A stretch of 64,000 nt of DNA. It comes from Cyanobacteriota bacterium (GTDB lineage: Bacteria; Cyanobacteriota; Cyanobacteriia; Thermostichales; Thermostichaceae). Every line of letters starts with the position of its first letter. Position 1 is the first letter of the stretch. Positions 20,522-30,043 of this stretch are shown here, piece after piece. The notes beneath the pieces are model-generated. The model was not told where the DNA came from. It was given only the letters and a program-made list of their open reading frames with translations, and did not search any database. Position numbers and translations under genes: made by a program. Location: positions 64,001 to 128,000 of the forward strand of contig JANRIL010000020.1 of NCBI GenBank assembly GCA_033764955.1, given 5' to 3'.

Positions 20522-21529
20522 GTGAGGAAGATGCTCATGACGTTGTCAAAATCAGTCATCGCCTGTCTCCTTTTGGGACTATTGACAACCGCCTGTCAAC
20601 CCCAATCCTCTGATAACTCCCAGAGCACCCCTTCCGAAACCACCCCCCCTGCTTCCTCCCCCACCCCCCAACCCTCTCTTGATCCGGCAGGGGATCCCTC
20701 ACTCCCCCCTTCCCCCCAGGTTGAGGCAAGCCCTGAACTAACCACTGAACCAATAGCAATGGGGGATAGCAGTCAAACCTCCCTCGATTGGGCAGGAGTC
20801 TATCAAGGGGTTGTGCCCTGTGCCAGTTGCTCCGGCATTGAAACTACCCTCACCCTCAATCCCGATCGTTCCTACCGCCTGACCCTCCGCTATCTGGGTG
20901 AGTCGGATGAGGAGATAGAAAGGAGCGGAACGTTTAGCTGGAATGAGCAAGGCAATACCATCACCCTCAGCAATAGTGACAATGCCCCTAGCCAATATCT
21001 CGTGGGAGAAAATCAGTTGATTCAACTGGATCAGCAAGGGGAACGGATTACGGGGGGGCTAGCCGACCAATACATCCTCAGCAAAATGGATAGTTCCAGT
21101 GAGAGTTCCAGTGACAGCTCCAGTCGCTTATCCCAGGCTAGTCCGTTGGGTGAGGAGCCATCCACAACTTCTAAAAATCCTCTGTTTGATACCCGCTGGC
21201 AACTGATTGAGCTAAGAGGGGAACCGATAGAAGTTCGTTCCGATGCCCAAGCGGTACCATTTCTTCTCTTCAACACTAAGGACAATGCCTTACAAGGCTC
21301 TGGCGGCTGTAACCAATTGCGAGGATCCTATCAACGGCAAGCGGGCAACCGTCTGAGTTTCTCGCAGGTGGCTACCACCCAAAAAGCCTGTGCCGATATG
21401 GCTCTGGAATCTGCTTTTTTGGAGGTATTGGGGATGGTGGACAACTACACCCTCAGCAATGACCAGCTCAGTTTGCATAAAGCTAAAATGGCTCCTCTCA
21501 TGCGTCTTCAGGCGGTAGAAGCTCCGTAA
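20522..21529 (+). CDS. Lipoprotein with NlpE N-terminal domain plus META domain
   Basis: LTTA-C lipobox; WAGVYQGVVPCASCSGIETTLTL; WQLIELRG...GSGGCNQ...TTQKAC. Confidence 0.85.
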   Translation: MRKMLMTLSKSVIACLLLGLLTTACQPQSSDNSQSTPSETTPPASSPTPQPSLDPAGDPSLPPSPQVEASPELTTEPIAMGDSSQTSLDWAGVYQGVVPCASCSGIETTLTLNPDRSYRLTLRYLGESDEEIERSGTFSWNEQGNTITLSNSDNAPSQYLVGENQLIQLDQQGERITGGLADQYILSKMDSSSESSSDSSSRLSQASPLGEEPSTTSKNPLFDTRWQLIELRGEPIEVRSDAQAVPFLLFNTKDNALQGSGGCNQLRGSYQRQAGNRLSFSQVATTQKACADMALESAFLEVLGMVDNYTLSNDQLSLHKAKMAPLMRLQAVEAP

Positions 21530-21584
21530 ACCGCCCTTATTCACGACCTATCCACAACATTCTCAGGGATCCAAGAGGCCGAAG

Positions 21585-22413
21585 ATGCCTGATTACGCCA
21601 CCCTGCCGTTTTCCGCCGCATGGGTTTGGCTGTCGGACAATCTCTCTGAGCGAGCGCCAGGTGACTGAGCGAGGACTGACGGTGGAGAGCCTCAAGTTGG
21701 GGTGGGGGATGGTGTTTGTTACCAAGACCCAGGCTCCGGCAAGGAGACGCTGATCCGCTTGGAGGCTGAGCGGGGATTTGAAGGGATCCCTGGGGCTAGT
21801 AGGTCGCAGCAACGCTCGGAGATGATGCGCCAGATTTTGCGGCGATTGGATCTGGTGAATGCCGCTTGGGTGCGGCAGGAGATGGCAGCGATTGATCAGG
21901 GAATTAAGGAGCGGCGTTCACCTCCAAGCTGGGTGCAAAGTGCGATGGGACAGGCAGAGACCCTGGATCAGGTGGAGACCGAAGATCCGCAATAAGGTAG
22001 ATCGAGAGCGGGCTTACGTGGTGGATGCCGATGGCACGGTAGTCCTGACTAAAGACGGTGAGGCCTTGTCGGTGGACTTCACCTACGAGGAGATGCAATT
22101 GATTCGGGGCAAGGTGTTTACCCACAATCATCCCAAAGGGGGATCCTTTTCTCGTGAAGATATCAACTTTTTGCTAACCGTCTACCCATCAGAGATGAGA
22201 GCAGTGAGTCGAGATTACCGATACTCAATGAAACTGCCCGATAATCCTATCGACGCATTCTTCGAGATCAGAAAGATATTTGACCGGGTTAAAGAGTCTG
22301 TGCGACTGGAACTGGTAGAGCGAGTCAGGTCTGGCGAATCAACCCTTATTGCAGCCGAGCAGCAGTTTATGCACTTGTTAGCTGGCTTAGTTACGGGTGG
22401 TGATTGTAGTTGA
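21585..22413 (+). pseudogene. Mu-like phage head morphogenesis protein gpF (MuF) with C-terminal HNHP/JAB-like domain; internally deleted and frameshifted
   Basis: MPDYATLPF joined out of frame to PPHGFGCR-TISLSERQVTERGLTVE (MuF PPxGxxCRC-like motif). Later frames give ERAYVVDADG...FTHNHPKGGSFSREDI...EMRAV. Confidence 0.65.
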
Positions 22414-22497
22414 AAGGTTACTGGTTGGGATTCGATGCTCTAGCCAACCTTCAAGACAGCGGCTATTCAGAAAATAAGGCGCTATACTGACAGATAT

Positions 22498-24168
22498 TTG
22501 ACCATCGAAGATAAAACTATGTTGAGAATTCAAGATTTAAACCTTGGTTTTAATGATGCTGAAAACTATAAAAGAAGTGAGAATAAGAGCCTTTTAAATA
22601 AAGTGTTTTTTAGGACAGACGAGCTTGATAGGCTTTGCGAGAGAAGCACGTTTTTCCTGATTGGTGAGAAAGGAACTGGAAAAACTGCTTGTGCTGTCTA
22701 CTTATCGAATAACGATTACAAAGATACACTATCATCAATTAATTATATTAGAGAGACGGACTATCAAAAGTTTGTTCAGATGAAGAAGAGAGAGCATCTT
22801 GCTCTTTCTGATTATGTAGATATTTGGAAAGTAATTCTATATCTACTGATCAGCAAAAACGTTAGTGAAAATGAGCCAAATAGTTTACTATTACCTAAAG
22901 CTATTAAGTTTCGCAATATTAATTCGGCTGTAGATGAGTATTATGCAAGAGCATTTTCTCCAGAAATCATAAATGCAATTAAGTTTGTAGAGAAATCCAA
23001 AATAGCTGCTGAACTTGTATCAAAATATGCCAAAGCTAGCGGAGAAGAAAGCGAAGAAATAGCGTTTTCTGAAAGCCTTTTTCAAATCAATCTCATGTAT
23101 GTCCAGAAGAAATTTGAAGAAGCATTCTCATCTCTAAAACTACAGAAGAATCATCTGCTGTTCATAGATGGAATTGATATTAGACCATCACGAATTGATT
23201 ATGAAGACTATCTTGAATGCGTTAAAGGCTTAGCAAACGCAGTATGGGCAATCAATAACGATGTATTTCCCAAAATAAAAGATTCAAAAGGACGGCTTAA
23301 AGTTGTGCTTCTAGTAAGACCTGATATTTTTGATTCCATAGGTTTGCAAAATCGGAATAATAAGATTAGAGATAACTCTGTTCTATTAAATTGGAATACA
23401 ACTTATAAAAATTACAGAAACTCCAAGTTGTTTGAAATGGCTGGAAAGTTGGTGGGGACTCAGCAAAATCCGCAAGTTCAGTATGATAAGGCTTGGGATT
23501 ACTATTTTCCCTACACAATCGAAAATAAAGCTAATAACAAGCAAAGCGAAAATGATCCATCATTTATTGGTTTCTTGAGATATTCTCTTTATCGCCCTAG
23601 AGATATTGTCACAATGCTCTCTATTCTTAAAGAAAATTTTATTGAGCAGAGACAAGATCCTAATAGAGTATTTTCTGAAGCGGATTTCTTTAACGCTGAG
23701 TTTGTCAGAAAGTATTCGGAATATCTGTTAGGTGAAATAAAGGATCAGTTGTCTTTTTACTACACGGAAAATGATTATCAACTTTTCCTTAAATTCTTCG
23801 AGTACTTGAAAGGAAAGAGCCAGTTTTCGTATGATGATTATCTCAGTGCTTATCAAGCGTTTGTAGGATATCTAGATTCAAATTCAATTAGAAGACCAAA
23901 ATTTTCTGAAGCGCCTGACGTATTTCTTCAATTTCTCTATGAGTTGAACGTCATTTTTTATATTGAGAAAGTATCGGGCGGAAACTTCATAAGACTATGC
24001 CTTCGAGAGCGAAACCCAACTAACATTTCTCCAAAAGTTAAAACACATCAAACATATCAAATTCACTACGGACTAATCGAAGAGCTTAACGTAGGTAAGA
24101 AATACACTACGCTTGAAGTAGCGTTTCGGCAGGCTTTCAATAGACCTCAGAAAATTGAGAATCAATAA
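22498..24168 (+). CDS. P-loop ATPase (Sll1717/FunZ-like), cassette 1; ATG alternative at 22519
   Basis: LGFNDAENY, Walker A GEKGTGKT, Walker B LLFIDGID, RPDIF, YRPRD; strongly AT-rich and lacks GGGATCCC. Confidence 0.8.
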   Translation: MTIEDKTMLRIQDLNLGFNDAENYKRSENKSLLNKVFFRTDELDRLCERSTFFLIGEKGTGKTACAVYLSNNDYKDTLSSINYIRETDYQKFVQMKKREHLALSDYVDIWKVILYLLISKNVSENEPNSLLLPKAIKFRNINSAVDEYYARAFSPEIINAIKFVEKSKIAAELVSKYAKASGEESEEIAFSESLFQINLMYVQKKFEEAFSSLKLQKNHLLFIDGIDIRPSRIDYEDYLECVKGLANAVWAINNDVFPKIKDSKGRLKVVLLVRPDIFDSIGLQNRNNKIRDNSVLLNWNTTYKNYRNSKLFEMAGKLVGTQQNPQVQYDKAWDYYFPYTIENKANNKQSENDPSFIGFLRYSLYRPRDIVTMLSILKENFIEQRQDPNRVFSEADFFNAEFVRKYSEYLLGEIKDQLSFYYTENDYQLFLKFFEYLKGKSQFSYDDYLSAYQAFVGYLDSNSIRRPKFSEAPDVFLQFLYELNVIFYIEKVSGGNFIRLCLRERNPTNISPKVKTHQTYQIHYGLIEELNVGKKYTTLEVAFRQAFNRPQKIENQ

Positions 24169-24202
24169 TTGGAGTGAAGTTGAAATCTACTGAGTTTTCG
24201 CC

Positions 24203-24289
24203 AGCTAACAACCCGGTTGGAGCGGACGTGCATAGTTCTTTTGTCTATCGTTCTAGTTTTCTGGTTGCCGCTCAACCGGAACGTTGAGC
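24203..24289 (+). other. attC site 1
   Basis: AGCTAAC..CCGGTTgGAGCGG...CCGCTCAACCGG..GTTGAGC. Confidence 0.85.
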
Positions 24290-24342
24290 CTAGGACGGTC
24301 GTGCTGAGACACTGAAGTGGATCATTCAACGGGAGGTATTTT

Positions 24343-24711
24343 ATGTCCGTATTTCGCAAAGATCAGAACGAGGTACACAGCCTTCACGGCAACCACATCG
24401 TCGGTGTTGCCACGCCTACCAGCGGCGCAAAGCAAGTTGAGATGTGGCACGGTCGCATGGATGCAAACTCCGCTACCCCACCGCACAGCCACGACACCGA
24501 AGAAGTTGTCCTGTTCCTGAAAGGCAGTGGTCGAGCCACGGTTGCCGACGCGGAAGTTCGCTACCACGCAGGGGACACACTGATCCTGCCGGCTGGCCAT
24601 GTGCACCAAATCTTCGCCGACACCGACAGTGAGTTCGTTTCAGCCAGTCCAAGCGGTGGCACGGTCAAACTTCCAGATGGTGTGGTTCTGGATCTTCCAT
24701 GGCGCAAGTAG
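24343..24711 (+). CDS. Cupin domain protein, cassette 2
   Basis: PPHSHDTEEV...G and GDTLILPAGHVH cupin motifs; GGAGG RBS; GC-rich codon usage. Confidence 0.88.
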   Translation: MSVFRKDQNEVHSLHGNHIVGVATPTSGAKQVEMWHGRMDANSATPPHSHDTEEVVLFLKGSGRATVADAEVRYHAGDTLILPAGHVHQIFADTDSEFVSASPSGGTVKLPDGVVLDLPWRK

Positions 24712-24716
24712 CTTCG

Positions 24717-24785
24717 GCCCAACAACAGGTTCCAGTGCGACGTCCTCGCCTTCGGCGAGGACGCGCCTGAACCTGGGCGTTATAC
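24717..24785 (+). other. attC site 2 (canonical, 69 bp)
   Basis: GCCCAAC-AA-CAGGTTcCAGtGCGaCGTCCTCGCC-TTC-GGCGAGGACGCGCCTGAACCTG-GGC-GTTATAC; three extrahelical bases. Confidence 0.92.
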
Positions 24786-24845
24786 GGCACAATAAATGAT
24801 GGTTTATGCAGATGAAGAATAGTCTATGTCGGTAAAAGAAGAAGT

Positions 24846-25253
24846 ATGTCGATAGAGGAAGAAGCCAAAGCGGTAGTGCGTCACTACGTCGAAGCATTTA
24901 ACCAAGGTGATTTAGATACACTGAAGGCACTGCTCACTGAGGATGCTGAGATTCAGGGTGTAATGGGCAAAGGTCTTATTGAGAAGATTGAGCCTATTTG
25001 GCGACAACTCATCGAGGGCTACGGTATGCAACTTAAGATCGAGGAGTTAATCGCGGAAGGCAATATCGTGGCAGCAAGGTATGTTGAGACAGGAGTTTTC
25101 AGATCACCAGCGTTTGGGAATCAGCCAACGGGAAAATCTTACGAGCTTGTTGCAATGGAATGGTTTGAAATAGAAGGGGGTAAAGTTAAACGCCGTTGGG
25201 GCGCTAGGGATGCTGCATCGCAGGCACGGCAACTAGGCATTCCTCTGCTTTAG
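24846..25253 (+). CDS. SnoaL-like ester cyclase (NTF2-like), cassette 3
   Basis: KAVVRHYVEAFNQGD, IEELIAEG..VAAR, PTGKS, GGKVKRRW. Confidence 0.85.
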   Translation: MSIEEEAKAVVRHYVEAFNQGDLDTLKALLTEDAEIQGVMGKGLIEKIEPIWRQLIEGYGMQLKIEELIAEGNIVAARYVETGVFRSPAFGNQPTGKSYELVAMEWFEIEGGKVKRRWGARDAASQARQLGIPLL

Positions 25254-25267
25254 CCTGAATACATGCC

Positions 25268-25356
25268 GTATAACATAATTCGCTTGGAGTGGACGGAACA
25301 GAGGTTATCTGTGGGTGTTCAAGGTTATCTACCGCCGCAAGACTTCACCGTTGGGC
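25268..25356 (+). other. attC site 3 (degenerate)
   Basis: GTATAAC...CTTGGAGTGGACGG...AAGGTTATCTACCGCCGCAAG...GTTGGGC. Confidence 0.7.
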
Positions 25357-25463
25357 TGCTCAGTTCATATACTCAGTTCGTATAAGTTCATATAATGGAG
25401 AGGTAGTTCATTGGCTCTCTCCCAATACTTAGGGAATATCTGATATGAACAATATTCAGATGA

Positions 25464-25913
25464 ATGGTCAAGCTCATCACCACTGTCACTGACACTGACC
25501 TCTGGCAACTCTTTGCTCGGATCGATACAACTTTACGTAACCCTCAGCCCCTCTACCAAGCCTGAGCCAATCACCTCAAATCCCGCGTCGTCGCCGCCTT
25601 CAAACAAGAAACCTCACCCGCTGATCAAGCATGGCCGGAACTTAAGAGCGCCACCATCCATCGCAAAAGCCGGAACTCCCGCAGTATCAACAAGAAGCTT
25701 CGAGATACAAGAACTCTCTATGACTCAATAGCTGCTCGTGCGATGCCCGATGGCGCGGCAATCGGCACCAATCAGCGAGTGGGATCCTACAGTCTGGGGG
25801 CAATCCACCAATACGGCGCGCCCCGCCAACGGATCCGGCTGCGTCCGTTTTTGCCTGTGGACGCAAATGGCAACCTTCTGGAGAAAGACATTTTAAAGAG
25901 GCGGTTGGTTTGA
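25464..25913 (+). pseudogene. Mu-like phage virion morphogenesis protein gpG with a premature stop
   Basis: One frame: ...PLYQA*ANHL..AFKQETSPADQAWPELKSATIHRK...LRDTRTLYDSI...IGTN...GAIHQYG...RPFLP; in-frame TGA at 25563-25565. Confidence 0.8.
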
Positions 25914-26077
25914 CTCAAGACTGGCTGAATAAAGCGAAGATAGCTCCTCTCATGTCTTTTGAAGTGGTAGAAGCTCCCTAATTGGCTCTTATCACCTATC
26001 CATCCTCAAAACATCCTCAAACAATTGCAAATCCTTCTAAGCTAGGGGAGGATTGGTCAAGAAAGGGATCCCGGATC

Positions 26078-26713
26078 ATGGTGAGGGTGTTGCTGCCTTT
26101 GGTGGATGGCTTTGAAGAGATTGAAGCGGTGACGGTGATCGATATTCTGCGGCGGGCTGAGATAGAGGTGGTGGTGGCAGCACTAGGGGAGATCTGGGTA
26201 ACGGGCAGTCATGGCATAGTGCTCAAAGCGGATACAGGGTTGGGGGATCTCCTGAATGCATGTGGGGGATCCCTGGCGGCGGACTGTCAACAGCTAGCTA
26301 AGCAGTTTGATGGATTGGTGTTGCCGGGTGGCCCTGGCACAGCCACCTTGCAAGCAGACGGGCAGGTTGGGGAATTGGTGCGGGCTTTTGCTGACCAGAA
26401 TCGCTGGCTAGCCGCCATCTGCGCGGCTCCCATGGTCTTGGCTCAACAGGGGATCCTCCAGCAAAAAGCCGCCACTAGCTACTTCAGCCGCGAGGTTTAT
26501 CAGCAAGCCAGGGCAGGGCAGATCACCTTGAATGTGGTGACAGGACCTATTGCCGACTATCAACTGGATCCCGTCGTGGTGGATGGCAACGTGATCACCA
26601 GCCGAGGGGCAGGTACGGCGGTAGCCTTTGCGCTGGCATTGGTGCAGGCATGGTTAGGCGAATCACGGGCGCTAGCAATTGCTCAATCCATTCACGCCCC
26701 TTGGCCGATCTAG
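26078..26713 (+). CDS. DJ-1/PfpI (YajL/ThiJ-like) family protein
   Basis: GFEEIEAVTVIDILRRA, LPGG, AICAAP, ITSRGAGTA. Confidence 0.9.
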   Translation: MVRVLLPLVDGFEEIEAVTVIDILRRAEIEVVVAALGEIWVTGSHGIVLKADTGLGDLLNACGGSLAADCQQLAKQFDGLVLPGGPGTATLQADGQVGELVRAFADQNRWLAAICAAPMVLAQQGILQQKAATSYFSREVYQQARAGQITLNVVTGPIADYQLDPVVVDGNVITSRGAGTAVAFALALVQAWLGESRALAIAQSIHAPWPI

Positions 26714-27042
26714 GATGGATCGATGGCTTGCGGCGAATCGATAGGGGGTGAAGCAGTGGAGGAGGATCCCTGTTGATCCACCGCTTGCTTAAAGCCAAAC
26801 GCCACTAACAGATTGGAAACGGTTAAAAAGGCTTCCGCCCCCCCGTGCAAGACATCTACGTTAGCGAGAGAGGTGCCCAGGCGGAGTTGAGCATAAATTC
26901 CGGCGGGAATTGTCACAGCCACAAACACCAACAAGACATAAAAGCCGATCAGTGCCAAGCGAGGGGTGTTGGGGGTCTTGCTCAAAAACCACAAGAAAGC
27001 CAAATAGGGGAATAGAGATAGGGCAAACAAATTGCTCATCAC
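26710..27042 (-). CDS. DUF3593 membrane protein
   Basis: LFALSLFPYLAFL, TIPAGI, LANVDVLHGGAE. Confidence 0.85.
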   Translation of the reverse strand: MMSNLFALSLFPYLAFLWFLSKTPNTPRLALIGFYVLLVFVAVTIPAGIYAQLRLGTSLANVDVLHGGAEAFLTVSNLLVAFGFKQAVDQQGSSSTASPPIDSPQAIDPS

Positions 27043-27383
27043 TTCTCCCCCCCTTCAAGTGTGGGATCCCCCTGACCGGATCGATAACTCCGCCAAATGC
27101 GATAGGCGGCGATAGCCAGGGTGATATTACCAATTAGCGTAGCCGTGGCTTGGGTGGTGACGATCCACGCTAGGCTCGGATCATTCTCAAAAAAGTGCCA
27201 GGTGAGGGCACACATGGCTCCAACCAAAGCGGGCAACATCCCCCAACACAGCCAACGCCACTCTCGCTGCTCTGCCGGACGGCTAAATTGCCAAACCCAG
27301 AAGATAGCGGCTATCCACTCCACGACACTTGCCAGATGGATCCACCAGGTCGGCAGAGAGAGGGCATTCATGGGGTTAGCCAA
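27039..27383 (-). CDS. DUF2499 (Ycf49-like) membrane protein
   Basis: ALSLPTWWIHLASVVEW, MLPALVGAMCALTWHFF. Confidence 0.85.
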   Translation of the reverse strand: MANPMNALSLPTWWIHLASVVEWIAAIFWVWQFSRPAEQREWRWLCWGMLPALVGAMCALTWHFFENDPSLAWIVTTQATATLIGNITLAIAAYRIWRSYRSGQGDPTLEGGEK

Positions 27384-27558
27384 TCAAAGAACTGCGTAGC
27401 AGATTACGATAGGTTGCCTCTTGCAGCAACATCTGTTTGTGTAACTTGACCAAAAATTCTTGAGCTTGTTCGGGACTCATCCGTTCCACCATCGTCTCAA
27501 AAGCTCGTTGACGAAATTGCTGCTCCAACGAAAGTCCCTCAAAATCATCCATAGCCAT
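27376..27558 (-). CDS. nblA: Phycobilisome degradation protein NblA
   Basis: LSLEQQF...MSPEQAQEFLVKLHKQMLLQE. Confidence 0.9.
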   Translation of the reverse strand: MAMDDFEGLSLEQQFRQRAFETMVERMSPEQAQEFLVKLHKQMLLQEATYRNLLRSSLIG

Positions 27559-27635
27559 AACTCCTCAAAAGGTCAGAAGATTTTTCGTGCTAGTAGTGCG
27601 ACCAGGTGCGATGCGAGTGTTATGCAAGTTCTATC

Positions 27636-27653
27636 AATGTAACAAATTGTAAG
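27636..27653 (-). promoter_or_regulatory. HLR1 (RpaB-binding) direct repeat upstream of nblA
   Basis: Minus strand CTTACAAT-TT-GTTACATT fits two (G/T)TTACA(T/A)(T/A) half-sites spaced by 2 bp, with one mismatch. Confidence 0.65.
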
Positions 27654-27989
27654 CAAATGACAAGGCGGGGTCAGATGGTGGTAGAGGAGTTGTGGACAAG
27701 CTTACCCAAAAATTGTGAAAACGGATCGTGGTTCCAAGAAAGCGTAGAAGAGTGCTACAAAGCGTAGCGGCTATTGGATACTGCCCTACGCAGGAGGGAG
27801 GTTCTGATCACTATAAACTTTTTTTGCGGAATTGCCGCTATGACGGCTGACCCGATAGAGAAGGGATCCCTGAGTCAAGACCCCAAAAACCCGCCCAGAT
27901 TGACCGGACGGGCAAAGGGATCCCTTTGAGGAGAAGAAAAATCTACGGAAAGGCTTAATCCTGGTTTTTTCTGCCTTTAGTGAGGGGCT

Positions 27990-29837
27990 CTAGCGGGTGA
28001 GGCGGGTCAGCAGGTCATTAGAGCGCTGCACAAAGGTACGGGCGGTGGCGGCATCAAAGCTCTTTTGAGAGATCAGCGCCAGATCATAGATGTGGTTACA
28101 GATTTGCTGCACCAAATCGGGATCCCGACCAGCATCCACCATCGATTGCAGATTTTGCACCAACGGATGAGCGGTGTTGACCACCAGCGTATGCTCTTCC
28201 AGAAATTCCATTGGCTTTTGCTGCATCAGGGCATTGAGTTCTTGCAGGCGACGGAGCGCCTCCGGCAAGAGAATGATCGCGGGAACAGACTCCGATTTGA
28301 GGGCTTCCGCCTTGACTTGCAGCTTGTCTTTGCCAAGGGAGCGCTTGAAGAGATCAACGAGCATCTCAGAGCGGGTTTTCTGGGTGGTGGGATCCACAAT
28401 ATCAGCCGCTCTATCTTTGTTGACTAACGATTCATCCAGCTCCGAATCTACCCGCTTAAACTTGAGGTCGGGGTATTTTTGTTCAAGGAAACTACTAAAG
28501 TGACTATCAATCCAATTATCAAACACTAACACCTCTAAACCCTGGGCTTGGTGCAGATCAATATAGGAACTTTGAGCCGCCTCATCGGTAGCATAGTAAA
28601 CGCGCTGACCTTGTTTTTCCTGATTGCGATCCAAATAGGTTTGGAGGGTCACATACTCCGACTCAGCTAAGCCTTGCTTGGCTACTCGAAAGAGCAAAAT
28701 ATCTTTGACCTGCTCATAAAATTTGTCACTGTTCATCACTCCAAATTTGGTGAAGAGGCTGATATCTGGCCATACCTTCACATATTGGGCATAATCTTCT
28801 TTGAACAACTCATTGAGGCGATCCCCGACTTTTTTGGCCACATGATCCCCAATCCGCCGCACCGTTCGATCATTTTGCAAAAAGCTACGGGAGACATTCA
28901 AGGGGATGTCGGGGCTATCCACGGCTCCCCGTAAAGGCAGAAGAAACTTAGGGATCACTTCCTCACAATTATCTTGAACAAATACCTGATTGCAGAAAAG
29001 TTTAACCTGCCCCTTGGTGGGATCAATATCCGGTCTCAGCTTAGGAAAATAAAGGATCCCTTGCACCATAAACGGGTAATCGGTGTTGATATGTACCCAA
29101 AACAAAGGATCTTCTTGAAAGGGATAAAGATAGCGATAAAACTCCAGATAGTCTTCCTCCTTGAGTTCGGAAGGAGAAGTTCGCCAGAGGGGTTTTTGTT
29201 TGTTAGCGACTTCCCCATTCAACTTGATGGGAACCGCAATAAAATCACAATATTTGCGAATCAGTTCCCGCAGACGCGACACTTCTAAATATTCCTCTTC
29301 CCCATCAGCAATGTGCAGGGTGATGGTGGTTCCTACAGTGCCGCGATCGGAATCGGAGAGGGTAAACGCAGTGGTTCCATCACAAGACCAATGAACCGCT
29401 GCACTGTTGGCCTGATAAGAAAGAGTATCGATTTCTACGGTTTTTGCCACCATAAAGGAAGAATAAAACCCCAGGCCAAAATGCCCAATGATAGCCTGAT
29501 TACTATCCGTGCCCTTATATTTTTGAACAAACTCTTCAGCGCTAGAAAAAGCAACTTGATTAATATATTTTTTGACCTCATCCGCCGTCATACCCAGGCC
29601 ATTATCGCTGACGGTGATCAAGCGTTTGTCTTTATCCACGGTGACCACAATTTCAGGATCCCCGCTGGTGGAGGTTTCTCCAGCCAAGTGAGCCATTTTT
29701 AATTTGGAAATCGCATCCGCCGCGTTAGAAATTAACTCCCGCAAGAAAATCTCACGATCCGAATAGAGGGATTGCTTGATGATCGGAAAAATATTTTCGG
29801 TATGAATCGTAATGTTTCCTTGTTCTTGCATGGCCAC
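27990..29837 (-). CDS. htpG: Molecular chaperone HtpG (Hsp90)
   Basis: EIFLRELISNA, DNGLGMT, IGHFGLGFYS, IPLNVSRS. Confidence 0.95.
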   Translation of the reverse strand: MAMQEQGNITIHTENIFPIIKQSLYSDREIFLRELISNAADAISKLKMAHLAGETSTSGDPEIVVTVDKDKRLITVSDNGLGMTADEVKKYINQVAFSSAEEFVQKYKGTDSNQAIIGHFGLGFYSSFMVAKTVEIDTLSYQANSAAVHWSCDGTTAFTLSDSDRGTVGTTITLHIADGEEEYLEVSRLRELIRKYCDFIAVPIKLNGEVANKQKPLWRTSPSELKEEDYLEFYRYLYPFQEDPLFWVHINTDYPFMVQGILYFPKLRPDIDPTKGQVKLFCNQVFVQDNCEEVIPKFLLPLRGAVDSPDIPLNVSRSFLQNDRTVRRIGDHVAKKVGDRLNELFKEDYAQYVKVWPDISLFTKFGVMNSDKFYEQVKDILLFRVAKQGLAESEYVTLQTYLDRNQEKQGQRVYYATDEAAQSSYIDLHQAQGLEVLVFDNWIDSHFSSFLEQKYPDLKFKRVDSELDESLVNKDRAADIVDPTTQKTRSEMLVDLFKRSLGKDKLQVKAEALKSESVPAIILLPEALRRLQELNALMQQKPMEFLEEHTLVVNTAHPLVQNLQSMVDAGRDPDLVQQICNHIYDLALISQKSFDAATARTFVQRSNDLLTRLTR

Positions 29838-30043
29838 TTACTCCAGCCCGTTGATAGATAACCGCCCGCACGCCCCCAGGATATTCACCCATTCATTCCC
29901 AAGTTTCGTGCCAGCCTAGTGACCAGCATAAGAGCTGGGGGGAGTGTGCCTCTATGCCAGAAATCCGTACTGCTGGGTAGGGATCCCTGACGGGTTATAA
30001 CCAATGAAAAGCGCGAGCAATGGCTTGAGTGGCTGGGATCCAA

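Larger units (their letters stand above)
22377..25356 (+). mobile_element. Integron-type gene cassette array lacking an integrase (CALIN), three cassettes
   Basis: Three attC hairpins, each right after a same-strand ORF. Each cassette's first bases are the reverse complement of the bases ending at its attC AAC (10/10, 7/8 and 11/11). Confidence 0.85.

Noticed and set aside
25361..25420. Short AGTTCATATA-like repeats after attC 3
   Set aside because: Too short and irregular to assign; may be a cassette remnant.
25513..25731. 72-aa ORF in the track
   Set aside because: Out-of-frame overlap with the gpG pseudogene.
27639..27652. NtcA-like GTA-N8-TAA upstream of nblA
   Set aside because: Non-canonical and without a correctly spaced -10; better explained as HLR1.
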